From the NCBI GenBank assembly GCA_036493875.1, contig DASXPB010000013.1, positions 4,377-68,376 of the forward strand: a stretch of DNA of 64,000 nucleotides, read 5' to 3'. Positions 9,671-19,694 of the stretch are shown one piece after another (the stretch's first letter is position 1; every line of letters starts with the position of its first letter). The DNA comes from Thermoanaerobaculia bacterium. GTDB lineage: Bacteria; Acidobacteriota; Thermoanaerobaculia; UBA5066; Gp7-AA6. The notes under the pieces are model-generated. The model did no database searches. It had not been told where the DNA came from and saw only the letters and a list, made by a program, of their open reading frames with translations. A program made the translations under genes and the position numbers.

Positions 9671-10156
9671 ATGGTGACGCCGCCGCCTCCCGACCGCTCG
9701 ATGGGCGCCGTCCTGGTACGCGCCTTCCTCTTCTTCTCGGCCGGGTTCGTTGGTGTCTTCGTCCTCGCGTACGCCGTGCTCGGGATCTGGCGCGGAGGCG
9801 GCGCCTCGGCGAACGGCAGCGTCCTCGGAGATGCGGCGATCGCCGCCTACGTGTTCCTGGTGACGGCGATTCCGGCGGCGTTCGGGTTCGCGATCGTGGT
9901 CTCTCCGTGGCCGGCGTTTCGGGACCAGGCGCTCCGGCGCGTCGCCTGGCTGTCCGCGGCCGGCGGCGTGGCGACGTATCTCGCGCAGGCGACCGGAGTG
10001 GCCGGGTGGCTGTACTGGATTCCGATCCCCGGCGCCGCCGGACCGATCGGCGCGGCGTTTCGGGTACTCCTTCCGGGCGCGGCCGTGGGCCTGCTCGCGC
10101 TCGCGGCCGCGAGCCTGCTGCGCCTGCGCCCGCCTCCGTCATCCGCCGGCGACTGA
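9671..10156 (+). CDS. hypothetical membrane protein
   Basis: 4 predicted TM helices, no recognisable motifs. Confidence 0.4.
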   Translation: MVTPPPPDRSMGAVLVRAFLFFSAGFVGVFVLAYAVLGIWRGGGASANGSVLGDAAIAAYVFLVTAIPAAFGFAIVVSPWPAFRDQALRRVAWLSAAGGVATYLAQATGVAGWLYWIPIPGAAGPIGAAFRVLLPGAAVGLLALAAASLLRLRPPPSSAGD

Positions 10157-10171
10157 GCCGCCGCCGGAGAC

Positions 10172-12598
10172 CTATTCGTCGCGCAGCGCCGTCGTCGGGC
10201 TGATGCTCGCGGCCCGCCGGGCGGGAACGAGGCAGGCGATGACGGCGACTCCGGCGAGGAGCAGGGCCACCGTCGCGAGGGTCGCCGGGTCCGACGCGCG
10301 GACGCCGAAGATGAGGCCGGACAGGACGCGCCCGAGAGCGAGGGAACCCGCCAGCCCGATGGCCAGGCCGAGGATCGCCGGGCGCATTCCCTGGACGACC
10401 ACCAGGCGCAGCACGTCGGACGTCTTCGCGCCGAGGGCGATCCGGATCCCGATCTCCCGCCGCCGCCGGCGGACGCCGTAGGACAGCACGCTGAAGATGC
10501 CGACCGCGGCGAGGAGCAGCGCGAGAGCGGCGAACCCCGTCAGGAGCAGCATCCCGAATCGCTTCTGCGCGAGCGAGTCCGACCGGATCTCACCCAGGCT
10601 CCCGAGATTCGTGACGGGCTGGTCGGGATCGAGCGCGTGGACGGCCGAGACCGCCGCGGCCGCGACGCCGGCGCCGCGCGCCTGCGTTCGGATCGCCAGG
10701 TCGATCCCGCGCATCGGCTGCTGCGCGGCCGGCAGATACATGGCCGGGACGGGTTCGCGGACGTCGAGCCCGCTCAGCTTCAGGTCGGCGACCACGCCCA
10801 CGACCTCCCGCGGCACCGGCGCGAACGCGGTCGTCAGACGCTTTTGAAGTGCGCTCTCGTTCGGCCAGAAGCGCCGAGCCATCGATTCGCTCACCAGGAT
10901 GACGCCGGGCGAGTCCGCGTTATCCGCCGGGGTGAAGAGTCGTCCGCCGACGAGGCGGATCCGCAGCGCGCGGAAGTAGTCGCCGTCGACGATGCCTGTG
11001 GCGACGTTGGGCTGCTCGGCGACCGGCGGAGCGGGCCGGCCCTCGATCGCGATCGGCCAGTTCTGGTAGCCGGTCAGCGGAAGGTCGCTGACGGCGCCCG
11101 CCGCCTCGACGCCGGGCAGCGCGCGGAGCCGCTCGAGGAGCTGCGTCAGGAAGGCCTGCCGGCGGGCAGGGTCGGGGTACCGCGCCTTCGACAGCTCGAC
11201 GTGCATCGTGGTGACGTTCGTCGAGTCGAACCCGGGGTCGACTTTCTGCAGGAGCCAGAGGCTCCGGATCATCAGCCCCGCTCCCACGAGGAGGACCAGC
11301 GAGAGCGCGACCTCCGAGACCACGAGCAGGCCGCGGGTCCGCGATCCGGGATCTCCCTCGCCGGCCCCGCGCCCGGCGCCCTGCTTGAGCGTGCTCGCGA
11401 CGTCGCCCTTCGTCAGCCGCCAGGCCGGGACGATTCCCGCGAGGATCCCGGTCGCGAGCGCGACCGCGAACGTGAAGAGGAGGACGCGCGCGTCGAGGCC
11501 GACCTCGGCCGAGCGAGGCAGCTGGTCGGCGAGGAACGCCAGGATCGCATCCACGCCGTAGTGCGCGAGGAAGAGGCCGAGCGCGCCCCCGGCGAGGGCG
11601 AGTAGGACGGTCTCGCTCAGGAGCTGGCGCACGAGCCGGCCCCGTGAGGCTCCGAGTGCGCTGCGAAGCGCGAGCTCCTTGCGGCGGCCGAGGGTGCGCG
11701 CCAGCACGAGGTTCGCGATGTTGGCGCAGGCGATCAGCAGCACGAACGCGACCGCGCCGAGGAGGACGAGGAGGACCGGCCTCACGTCGGCGACGAGGTC
11801 CTGTCGCAGAGGGACTACGAGCGCGCCCCAGCCGGCGTCTTCCTCCGGGTACTGCCGCGCTAGGCGGTCCGAGATCACGCTCATCTCGGTCTGCGCGGCG
11901 CGGCGGTCGACGCCCGGCTTCAGGCGAGCCACCACCAGGGCGTTGTGGTTGGTGCGCTGTGCGCGCTGCTCCGGGCTCCAGTCGTAGGGAATCCAGAGCT
12001 GCGCGTAGTCGGGGAGCCGAACCTTCGGCCCCATCACTCCCACGACGTGGTAGGGCCGCCCGTCGAGGCGGATGTCCCGGCCCACGAGGGAGGGGTCGCC
12101 GCCGAAACGCGTCTTCCAGAGGTCGTAGCCGAGGACCGCCACGGCGCCGCCGCCGGTCTCGCTCTCCTCGCGCGTGAACGTCCGTCCGAGGATCGGCCGG
12201 GCCCGAAGAACCACGGGAAAGAAGGCGGCGGAGACTTGGGCTCCCCGCAGCGACTCGGGCTGGCCACTCCCCTCGAGGTTCAGGCCGGCGAGCCGCATGA
12301 TCGCCATCCCCTCGAACGACGCGCTCTGTCGCTCCCAGTCGAGGAAGTTCGCCGGCGAGACCGCGAACGTGCGCAGTCCGGGGAACCCCGACGGCGGCGG
12401 CGTATGCCAGATTCGGACGAGGCTGCCCGGATCGGGGTATGGCAGCGGCTGGAGGAGGACTCCGTTGACGACGGAGAAGATCGCGGTGTTCGCGCCGATC
12501 CCGAGAGCGAGAACCACGATCGCGGCGGCGCTGAACCCGGGGCTCTTCGCGAGGGTTCGGAGGCCCCTCCGTAGGTCTTGAACGAAAGACGTAACCAT
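10172..12598 (-). CDS. ABC transporter permease, duplicated FtsX (ADOP/MacB-like) family
   Basis: 808 aa from ATG 12598 (MVTSFVQDLRRGLRTLAKSPGFS...). MacB_PCD-like region plus two FtsX 4-TM modules (…ACANIANLVLARTLGRRKELALRSALGASRG… and …REIGIRIALGAKTSDVLRL…). No adjacent ATPase. Confidence 0.9.
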   Translation of the reverse strand: MVTSFVQDLRRGLRTLAKSPGFSAAAIVVLALGIGANTAIFSVVNGVLLQPLPYPDPGSLVRIWHTPPPSGFPGLRTFAVSPANFLDWERQSASFEGMAIMRLAGLNLEGSGQPESLRGAQVSAAFFPVVLRARPILGRTFTREESETGGGAVAVLGYDLWKTRFGGDPSLVGRDIRLDGRPYHVVGVMGPKVRLPDYAQLWIPYDWSPEQRAQRTNHNALVVARLKPGVDRRAAQTEMSVISDRLARQYPEEDAGWGALVVPLRQDLVADVRPVLLVLLGAVAFVLLIACANIANLVLARTLGRRKELALRSALGASRGRLVRQLLSETVLLALAGGALGLFLAHYGVDAILAFLADQLPRSAEVGLDARVLLFTFAVALATGILAGIVPAWRLTKGDVASTLKQGAGRGAGEGDPGSRTRGLLVVSEVALSLVLLVGAGLMIRSLWLLQKVDPGFDSTNVTTMHVELSKARYPDPARRQAFLTQLLERLRALPGVEAAGAVSDLPLTGYQNWPIAIEGRPAPPVAEQPNVATGIVDGDYFRALRIRLVGGRLFTPADNADSPGVILVSESMARRFWPNESALQKRLTTAFAPVPREVVGVVADLKLSGLDVREPVPAMYLPAAQQPMRGIDLAIRTQARGAGVAAAAVSAVHALDPDQPVTNLGSLGEIRSDSLAQKRFGMLLLTGFAALALLLAAVGIFSVLSYGVRRRRREIGIRIALGAKTSDVLRLVVVQGMRPAILGLAIGLAGSLALGRVLSGLIFGVRASDPATLATVALLLAGVAVIACLVPARRAASISPTTALRDE

Positions 12599-12817
12599 GG
12601 GCGAGGATGATGGCAAGGACGGTGCCAGCGGGGGACCGCGACGGACCTCCATCGAACGGCGGCACTTGCGGGCGAGGCGGCCCTCCCGAAGCGCGTCGGC
12701 CTGTCCGCCGCCGGACAGCGGCGTCCCGATCGCGGACGCCGACCCCTGCGGGGAATGCGGGTTTCGGGACCGGCGTTGGCACGAACGAAATCGTATGGGC
12801 CGCCAATTCGGCCGCCC

Positions 12818-13816
12818 ATGGAGCACCAAATGACACCTCGAGCGCCAGTTGTCTGCGTCGTCCTCCTCTGCGCCACTACGCTCCCGGCCCAGCCCACTCC
12901 AACGCCGACGCCGGCGCCGCCTACCAGCCCCGCACCGACGCCGCCGCCGATGATCGATCTGCGGTTCGTCCGCTACAAGATCTCGGCCGGCGACCTGCCG
13001 AGCGCGGAGTCGATCCTCGAGGTGCACCGCGCCGAGAAGGGAGAGGACGCGGAGTACCTGCTGGGCGTCGCGTGGGTCGCGCGCGGGGCCGCGCTCCTCG
13101 GCGACTGGCCCGCCGCGTCGCGATACGCGAGAGAGGCGCGCGAGGCCGCGCGGAAGAAGCTTGGCGCCCCGCCGGTCTGGGACGACCACTCCGAGGCCGC
13201 GTATGCGCTCGGGTCCGCGATCGAGGTCGACGCGCAGGCGCTGGTCGCGGCGGGTAAGAAGAAGGAGGCGCTGGAGCTCCTCGACCAGTCGTCGCGGACG
13301 CTGGAGACGGAGAAGGCGCCCTACAACCTCCGCGCGCGAGTCTGGAAGCGGCGCAACCAGATCGAGCTCGTGGGCGCAAAGGCGCCGGAGATCGCCGCGG
13401 AGGACCACCTGGGCGTCGCGCCGCCGCCGACGCTCGCGTCTCTGCGCGGGAAGCCGGTCGTCCTCTTCCTGTGGTGGGAGTCCTGCGGCGACTGTAAGGC
13501 GCAGGCGGCCGCGCTGCGCAAGACGGTCACGAAGTACGCCGACAAAGACGTCGTCTTCCTCGCGCCGACCCGGTACTACGGCTCGGCGGACGAGCGCGCC
13601 GAGGAGAGGGGAAAGATCGAGAAGGCGTGGAAGGAGATCTACGACCTTCCGTCCTCGGTCCCGGTCCCGATCAGCGACGCCGCCATGCTTCGCTACGGCG
13701 TCTCGGCCACTCCCACGTTCGTGTTCATCGATCGGAAGGGCGTCGTGACGAGCTATCTCCCGTACCGGATGACCGAGGAGCGGCTCTCGCAGGAGATCGA
13801 CCGGCTGCTGCGATAG
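12818..13816 (+). CDS. TlpA-like thiol-disulfide oxidoreductase with N-terminal TPR-like region
   Basis: Signal peptide plus Pro/Thr linker. WWESCGDCK CxxC thioredoxin-fold motif. Start 12818 (alternative 12830). Confidence 0.75.
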   Translation: MEHQMTPRAPVVCVVLLCATTLPAQPTPTPTPAPPTSPAPTPPPMIDLRFVRYKISAGDLPSAESILEVHRAEKGEDAEYLLGVAWVARGAALLGDWPAASRYAREAREAARKKLGAPPVWDDHSEAAYALGSAIEVDAQALVAAGKKKEALELLDQSSRTLETEKAPYNLRARVWKRRNQIELVGAKAPEIAAEDHLGVAPPPTLASLRGKPVVLFLWWESCGDCKAQAAALRKTVTKYADKDVVFLAPTRYYGSADERAEERGKIEKAWKEIYDLPSSVPVPISDAAMLRYGVSATPTFVFIDRKGVVTSYLPYRMTEERLSQEIDRLLR

Positions 13817-13825
13817 GCTCCGCGC

Positions 13826-14662
13826 ATGCGCGAAACGAAGGAGCTGCGCGTGAAGGCGGAGCGCCTCCGCGCCCTGCACGAGCCGGGTAAACCGCTCGTC
13901 CTCGTCAACGTCTGGGACTGCGCGAGCGCGCGCGTCGTCGAGAAGACGGGCGCCCCGGCGATCGCGACGACGAGCGCGGGCGTCGCGTTCGCCAACGGCT
14001 TTCCGGACGGTCAGCGGATCCCGCCGGAGCGGATGCTCGAGGCGGTCGCACGGATCTGCGACGCCGTGTCGGTGCCCGTCACCGCGGACCTCGAGTCGGG
14101 CTACGGCGACTCCTCGGAGAGCCTCGACCGAACCGTCGCCGGGATGCTGGAGGCGGGCGCGATCGGGCTCAACCTGGAGGACCACAGCGGGGCGCCGTCG
14201 GACCCGCTCGTGGAGCCGGAGCTCCAGCTCGACAAGATTCGCGCGGTCCGGGAGGCGGGGGAGAAATGGGGCGTTCCCATCGTCCTCAACGCACGCACGG
14301 ATTCCTACCTGAGGGGGCTCGGCTCCAAGGACGAGATGTTCGAGGAGACGATCCGCCGCGGCGAGGCCTACCGCGACGCGGGCGCGGACTGCATCTTCGT
14401 TCCGGGCGTCACCGATCCCGCGGTCATCGGCGAGATCGTCCGCCGCCTGAAGTGTCCGGTCAACGTCCTCGCCGTCGCCGGGGGTCCTCCGATCGCGGAG
14501 CTCGCGCGCCTCGGCGTCGCGCGCGTGTCGCTGGGGTCGGGTCCCATGCGCGCGGCGATGACCGTCGTGCGCCGGCTCGCCGAGGAGCTAGCCGCGAAGG
14601 GCACGTTCTCCGCCCTCGAGGGGATCGACGCGCACCGCGTCTTCAACGAGCTGATGGCATGA
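13826..14662 (+). CDS. isocitrate lyase/PEP mutase superfamily protein (carboxyvinyl-carboxyphosphonate phosphorylmutase / methylisocitrate lyase-like)
   Basis: VNVWDCASARVVE...ATTSAGVA...DLESGYGD...GLNLEDH...CIFVPG signature blocks. Confidence 0.85.
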   Translation: MRETKELRVKAERLRALHEPGKPLVLVNVWDCASARVVEKTGAPAIATTSAGVAFANGFPDGQRIPPERMLEAVARICDAVSVPVTADLESGYGDSSESLDRTVAGMLEAGAIGLNLEDHSGAPSDPLVEPELQLDKIRAVREAGEKWGVPIVLNARTDSYLRGLGSKDEMFEETIRRGEAYRDAGADCIFVPGVTDPAVIGEIVRRLKCPVNVLAVAGGPPIAELARLGVARVSLGSGPMRAAMTVVRRLAEELAAKGTFSALEGIDAHRVFNELMA

Positions 14663-15399
14663 AGCTCTCCGGCAACACCGTCCTCGTCACCGGCGGCGCC
14701 TCGGGAATCGGACTCGGGCTGGCCGAGCGCTTCCGGCGGGCGGGCAGCGAGGTGATCGTCTGCGGCCGCCGCGAGGAGAAGCTGCGCGAGGCGCAGGAGA
14801 GGATCCCGGGACTCCGCGTCCGGATCGCGGACCTCGCCGGGGAGGACGGCCGCGTGGCGCTCGCCGAGTGGGTCGTGCGGGAGTTCCCGGCGTTGAACGT
14901 GCTGGTCAACAACGCCGGGATCCAGGTTCACACCTCGCTCCTCGAGGCGTCCCACTGGGACCAGTTTCGCGAGGAGCTCGCGATCAACCTCCATGCCCCG
15001 ATTCAGCTGTCGATGCTGCTCCTTCCGCACCTGCGCCGCCGGGAGCGCGCCGCGATCGTCAACGTCAGCTCGGGCCTCGCGTTCGCGCCGCTCGCGCGGA
15101 CGCCGGTCTATGCCGCCACCAAGGCCGCGCTCCACTCCTTCACGCAGTCGCTCCGGCGCCAGGTCGAAGGATCGGGCGTCGAGGTCGTCGAGCTGATTCC
15201 GCCGGCCGTGGATACCGACCTCGGCGGCCCGGGTCTGCACACCTTCGGTGTGAAGGTCGACGAGCTGCTCGACGCGGTCCTCCCCCGGATCGAGGCGGGC
15301 GAGCGCGAGGTGGCCTACGGCTTCGCGCAGCAGTCGAGCCAGGCGTCGCGGGCCGAGCTCGACGCGCTCGCCGAGCGGATGAACCAGGCCTCGCGCTAG
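14659..15399 (+). CDS. SDR family oxidoreductase
   Basis: TVLVTGGASGIGLG Rossmann motif, NNAG, and Y-x3-K (YAATKAAL). ATGA overlap with the upstream stop. Confidence 0.85.
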   Translation: MKLSGNTVLVTGGASGIGLGLAERFRRAGSEVIVCGRREEKLREAQERIPGLRVRIADLAGEDGRVALAEWVVREFPALNVLVNNAGIQVHTSLLEASHWDQFREELAINLHAPIQLSMLLLPHLRRRERAAIVNVSSGLAFAPLARTPVYAATKAALHSFTQSLRRQVEGSGVEVVELIPPAVDTDLGGPGLHTFGVKVDELLDAVLPRIEAGEREVAYGFAQQSSQASRAELDALAERMNQASR

Positions 15400-15432
15400 G
15401 CGCGATTCAGAGTCCGCGCTGAGCGCGAAGAC

Positions 15433-16017
15433 TCACTTCCCGGTGTGGAAGACGTTCTTGACGGCGCCCGTCCGGGCGTCGATCACGACGCTCAGGACCT
15501 CGCGTCCGCCGGCGTCTTGATAGTTCAGGTACCAGCTCTCGGTCCCGTCCTTCCGCCGTTCGGGAACGAGGCCGGCCATGACCTTCGCGCCGGGCCCGAC
15601 GGCCGAACCGCCCGCCTTCTGCGCGGTTTCGTAAAGCGCCTTCGTGTCGAGGAGGATCTTCTCGTCGAAGTGGATCGGCTGACCTCCTTCGCCCGCGATG
15701 GCGAAGCAGCGGATCTGGCCGTCGCTGATGCTGATCATGTCCACGGCCTTCCCGGCGGCCGACGAGAACTTCACGTCCCAGTCGGTGGACCGTCCGGCCG
15801 CGTCGAGCGGTCCGCTGGAGGTCGTCGTCAGGTCGAACGGGACGGCGTCCTTCTGCCAGGTGCGAGCGCGCGCGCTGGCCAGATCCCACGCCTCCTTCGC
15901 GGTGATGGCGGCGGGCTTGCCGGTCTTGGCGGCGGGGCACGCGGGCGTCATCTGGGCGTGTAAGGCGCGCGAGAGCGCGAGGACGGAAAGGGCCGCGAGG
16001 AGACGCCGCATGATCAT
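15433..16017 (-). CDS. secreted hypothetical protein
   Basis: gagaaagga RBS, signal peptide MIMRRLLAALSVLALSRALHA. Confidence 0.5.
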   Translation of the reverse strand: MIMRRLLAALSVLALSRALHAQMTPACPAAKTGKPAAITAKEAWDLASARARTWQKDAVPFDLTTTSSGPLDAAGRSTDWDVKFSSAAGKAVDMISISDGQIRCFAIAGEGGQPIHFDEKILLDTKALYETAQKAGGSAVGPGAKVMAGLVPERRKDGTESWYLNYQDAGGREVLSVVIDARTGAVKNVFHTGK

Positions 16018-16067
16018 CTGGTCGTCCTTTCTCCGGTTTTCTCCGTGGTTGCTCTACCCGATCGTCG

Positions 16068-16496
16068 TCATTGTTCCGGATCGTGCCGGACTCGTGCTCG
16101 CCCGGTCTTGAGGCGGGCGCGGGCCGACTTGGATTCGAGCCGCTTCTCCTTCGCGCCCCGGGTCGGGCGGGTGGCCCGGCGCCTCTTCGGCGGGCTGGCG
16201 GCGCGGCGCAGGAGCTCGCGAAGACGCTCGCGCGCGGCCTCCCGGTTGCGCGACTGGGTTCGATGCTCGCGGCTGTCGATGAGGAGGACGTCGTCGGCGC
16301 CGATCCGTCTCCCGGCGAGGGCGCGCAACCGCTCCTTCACCTCGTGGGGAAGCGCGGAGGCGGCCAGGTCCAACCGCAATTCGACGGCCGTGGCCACCTT
16401 GTTGACGTTCTGGCCGCCCGGGCCGGAAGCCCGGACGAAGCGCTCCTCCAGCGCGCTCTCCGGGATCGAGAGCGCCCGGGAGCCGTGAATCCCCAT
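16068..16496 (-). CDS. arfB: alternative ribosome-rescue factor ArfB (peptidyl-tRNA hydrolase, GGQ)
   Basis: ERFVRASGPGGQNVNKV GGQ motif plus basic C-tail. The upstream 350 codons of the 492-aa ORF are antisense to a real phosphoesterase gene and are rejected. Confidence 0.85.
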   Translation of the reverse strand: MGIHGSRALSIPESALEERFVRASGPGGQNVNKVATAVELRLDLAASALPHEVKERLRALAGRRIGADDVLLIDSREHRTQSRNREAARERLRELLRRAASPPKRRRATRPTRGAKEKRLESKSARARLKTGRARVRHDPEQ

Positions 16497-16601
16497 CGTC
16501 ACTTCGATCCTCACGACGTCATTCTCGCAGGGACCCTGCGCGACGGAGCCGGCAAGAGGACCTCCCGCGCCCGTGGAACGCTTCTTGCTCATCCCCTGCG
16601 C

Positions 16602-17579
16602 GTGTTCGTGCTGTCCCCGGAACCCGTCCCCGCGGCGCGCTGCGGGGACGAGGAAGAGCTTCCCGTCGTCGGGGGGAGCTTCGTCGTTCTCGGCGATCTG
16701 CAGCCCACCTCCCGGCTCGAGGCGTGGCGCGAGTCGAACGATCCCGAGCGGGCCCTCATCGTCGAGCGCATCGCGCGGATCCGGCCCGACTTCGTCGCCC
16801 TCCTGGGTGACCTCGTCTTCTGCGGGTCCTCCCGGTCGGCCTGGGCCGGCTTCGACGCGCTCTGGGCGCCGGTCGCGGCGGCGCACGTGCCGACGTTCCC
16901 CGTGCTCGGCAACCACGAGTATTGGATGTCGCGAAACGCCGGGCTCGTGCAATTCTTCCGTCGTTTCCCGCGCCTTCGCGGACGGCGGTGGTACGCCGCG
17001 AAATACGGCCCGGTGGGCCTCGTGTTTCTCGACTCGAATCGCCACGCGCTCACCGGCTTTCTCTGGGAGACGCAGATTCGCTGGCTCAACCGCACGCTCG
17101 CGCGCTTCGATGCGTCGCCTGAGATCCGCGGAGTCGTCGTCCTGCTCCACCACCCGCCGTTCACCAACAGCACCGTGACCTCCGACGCGCGCCACGTGCA
17201 GCGGCAGATCCTTCCCTTCTTCACCGCCGCGGAGAAGACGCTCGCGATGATCGCGGGGCACGTCCACAGCTACGAGCACTTCGCACGCGGCGGCAAGCAC
17301 TACATCGTCGCGGGCGGAGGCGGCGGGCCGCGCGTGCGGCTGGCCCAGGGCCGGCGCCGCCGCCACGTGGACGACGCCTTCGGGGGCGCGGCGGTCCGCT
17401 CGTTCCATTTTCTCCGGCTCACTCCCTCGTCGGAGGGGCTCGAGATCACCGTGTGCGGCCTCGAGAAGGGGGGAGGCGACTTCGCTCCGATGGAACGCTT
17501 TCGGTTGTCCTGGCCGACCGCCGCTTCGGACGCCGGCGAGGTCCACGCGCCGTCTCGCGTCCGCGCCGCGATCCCGTGA
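16602..17579 (+). CDS. metallophosphoesterase (calcineurin-like)
   Basis: VVLGDL..., GNHEY, and GHVHSYE metal-ligand motifs. GTG start (no in-frame ATG). Confidence 0.75.
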   Translation: MFVLSPEPVPAARCGDEEELPVVGGSFVVLGDLQPTSRLEAWRESNDPERALIVERIARIRPDFVALLGDLVFCGSSRSAWAGFDALWAPVAAAHVPTFPVLGNHEYWMSRNAGLVQFFRRFPRLRGRRWYAAKYGPVGLVFLDSNRHALTGFLWETQIRWLNRTLARFDASPEIRGVVVLLHHPPFTNSTVTSDARHVQRQILPFFTAAEKTLAMIAGHVHSYEHFARGGKHYIVAGGGGGPRVRLAQGRRRRHVDDAFGGAAVRSFHFLRLTPSSEGLEITVCGLEKGGGDFAPMERFRLSWPTAASDAGEVHAPSRVRAAIP

Positions 17580-18577
17580 CGAAGCTCGGAGGCGGCTGGC
17601 TCGCTCGCGCGGAGACGGCGCTCGCCGGGCTGTGGGAGCGGCCGTCGCCGCCGCCAGACGGGCCGGTCGAGCCCCTCGTCGTCGCCCATCGCGGCGCGTC
17701 GAGGCTCCAGCCGGAGAACACGCTCGCGGCCTTCGCCGCCGCGCTCGACGAGGGCGCGGACGCGATCGAGACGGACGTCTGCATGACGAGCGATCGCCGC
17801 TACGTGCTCTGGCACGACGCCGATCCCGACGAGAAGGTCTCGATCGCGCACCGCTGGGGGCTCGTCCCCGGACTCTACCTTCCCGAGATTCCGCCGGTCG
17901 GCTCCCGCCTGCGGCGTCCGGTCCGGGACCTTTCGTGGCCGGAGCTTCGCGCGAACTTCCGCTACCGCCGCTCCTCCGGGGACGACCGTCCCGGCGCCGC
18001 GGTTCGTCCGAACGCGACGATCGACACGCTCGAGGATCTTCTCGACTGGGCGATCGCGGAGCCGGAGATCGGGGACGTCTTCCTGGACCTGAAGCTCGCG
18101 GCGGATCAGGTGGGCGCGGCGGTCGGCCTCTACGTGCGGGTCGAGCAGGCCCGGCTCAGGAACGACCGCCTCGTCTTCCACCTGCTGACACCGCAGAGGG
18201 AGATCGCACGGGCTCTCGTGGAGCGCTCGCGCGCACGGCCGGATCCGGGACTCCGCATCTCGGCGGATTTCGAGCGGCCGGGGGCATCCGACCTCGCGCC
18301 TCGCACCGGCGCGGTCGACGCGAGCCTCGGCTGCCGCGGACGGTTCTGGAGCGCCTTCCGTGCCGACGTCCACCGCGCGGTCTACGCCCGCTCGCGGGGG
18401 CGCCTGGAGTCGGTCGCCGCCTGGACGATCAACGACCGGGACCGGCTCCTCGAGATGCTCGACTGCGGCGTGGACGCCATCCTGACCGACGAGCCGGGAC
18501 TCCTGCGCTCCCTGATGCCGCTGTCGTCTCCCTGGGACTGGGGCCGCGTCCGCGCCTCAGCCCCGCGGTCCGTCTGA
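17576..18577 (+). CDS. glycerophosphodiester phosphodiesterase family protein
   Basis: VVAHRGAS...PENTLAAFAAALDEGADAIETDV GDPD motif. GTG overlapping the upstream TGA (GTGA). Confidence 0.75.
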   Translation: MTKLGGGWLARAETALAGLWERPSPPPDGPVEPLVVAHRGASRLQPENTLAAFAAALDEGADAIETDVCMTSDRRYVLWHDADPDEKVSIAHRWGLVPGLYLPEIPPVGSRLRRPVRDLSWPELRANFRYRRSSGDDRPGAAVRPNATIDTLEDLLDWAIAEPEIGDVFLDLKLAADQVGAAVGLYVRVEQARLRNDRLVFHLLTPQREIARALVERSRARPDPGLRISADFERPGASDLAPRTGAVDASLGCRGRFWSAFRADVHRAVYARSRGRLESVAAWTINDRDRLLEMLDCGVDAILTDEPGLLRSLMPLSSPWDWGRVRASAPRSV

Positions 18578-18895
18578 GCGCGGCCTCCAGCGAAACCGCT
18601 CGAGCGCGATCCGCTCCTCCGAATCGAAGCGCACCTTCTCGCGCTCGAGCCGCAGCCGCTGGACGATGTGTCCCGGCCCGCCGTCGCCGCGCGGGCTGCA
18701 CCGGCCGGAGGCGTTGACGACCCGGTGCCACGGGACCCGCGTGCCGTCGGGGAGGGCGGCCATCGCGAACCCCACGAGGCGCGCGCGTCCCGGGAGGCCC
18801 GCCAGCCGCGCGATCTGTCCGTAGGTGGCGACGCGGCCGCGGGGAATGCGTGCGATGACGGCGTATATCGTCTGAAACCTTCCCTCGCCCGCCAC
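18557..18895 (-). CDS. MGMT-family DNA-binding domain protein (alkyltransferase-like, ATL)
   Basis: IYAVIARIPRGRVATYGQIARLAGLPGRARLVGFAMA...PWHRVVNASG. No catalytic PCHRV Cys visible (PWHRV), so ATL-like. GTG start. Confidence 0.6.
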   Translation of the reverse strand: MAGEGRFQTIYAVIARIPRGRVATYGQIARLAGLPGRARLVGFAMAALPDGTRVPWHRVVNASGRCSPRGDGGPGHIVQRLRLEREKVRFDSEERIALERFRWRPRSDGPRG

Positions 18896-18934
18896 GAACG
18901 TAAGAATAGTGCCGTGAAGCAGCGGAGGTCGTGC

Positions 18935-19660
18935 ATGCCGATTTCGTTCGTGTCTACCCTCGTCTTCCTCGCGGTGGCGTCCCCGCAAACCGCCGAGACC
19001 GTCCCCGTCCTCCTGCAGCGGCAGTCCCAGGAGCTGGCGGACGCGCTCGGGACGGGGAACGCCGCGGTCTGGGAGAAGTACCTCGACCCCGACGTCCGCT
19101 ACGTCGACGAGAGCGGCGATGTGCAGAGGAAGAAGCCGCTCGTCGACGACGTGAGGCCGTTCCCGCCGGGGATCTCGGGATCGATCGGGATCCTCGACTA
19201 CGAGGCCGTCCTGCATGGCGATACGGCGTTCGCCACCTACGTCAACGACGAGAACGAGGACTACCACGGCGCGAAGCTCCATTGTCAGTACCGCACGACC
19301 GAGACGTGGGTGAAGCGCCCGGAGGGCTGGCGCCTGATCGGGGCGCAGGTTCTCGCGATGCGGACGGACCCGCCCGCGGTGGCGCTCTCCGCCGAGCGGC
19401 TGCGCGAGTACGCCGGAAAGTATGCGCTGACGCCCGAGCTCGCCTACGAGATCCGGCTCGACGGCGATGCCCTCCAGGGACAGCAGACGGGCCGGAAGCC
19501 CGAGGCGCTCCGCGCCGAGGCGCCGGATGTGCTCTTCATCCCCGGGAAGCCGCGCTACCGCTACGTTCTCCTGCGGGACGCGGAGGGGAAGATCACCGGG
19601 CTCGCGCAGCGGCGGGAGGCCTGGGGCCTCGTCTGGAAGCTGGTCGCTCCTTCATCCTGA
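18935..19660 (+). CDS. secreted SnoaL-like/DUF4440 plus DUF3471-like protein
   Basis: ggagg RBS, ATG 18935, signal peptide, NTF2-like fold features. Confidence 0.55.
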   Translation: MPISFVSTLVFLAVASPQTAETVPVLLQRQSQELADALGTGNAAVWEKYLDPDVRYVDESGDVQRKKPLVDDVRPFPPGISGSIGILDYEAVLHGDTAFATYVNDENEDYHGAKLHCQYRTTETWVKRPEGWRLIGAQVLAMRTDPPAVALSAERLREYAGKYALTPELAYEIRLDGDALQGQQTGRKPEALRAEAPDVLFIPGKPRYRYVLLRDAEGKITGLAQRREAWGLVWKLVAPSS

Positions 19661-19694
19661 GGAGCGGCGGCGGCGCTTCGTGGCGTCGCGCGCT

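Noticed and set aside
12280-12897. 205-aa ORF upstream of the ADOP permease, considered as a possible PadR partner
   Set aside because: No HTH or PadR motifs. Ser/Arg/Pro-rich junk composition. It overlaps the real divergent TlpA-like gene's upstream region.
16497-17546. N-terminal 350 codons of the 492-aa minus-strand ORF upstream of arfB
   Set aside because: It overlaps, in antisense, a metallophosphoesterase gene with GNHEY/GHVH motifs. ArfB proteins are about 140 aa and the conserved N-terminus begins at the internal Met.
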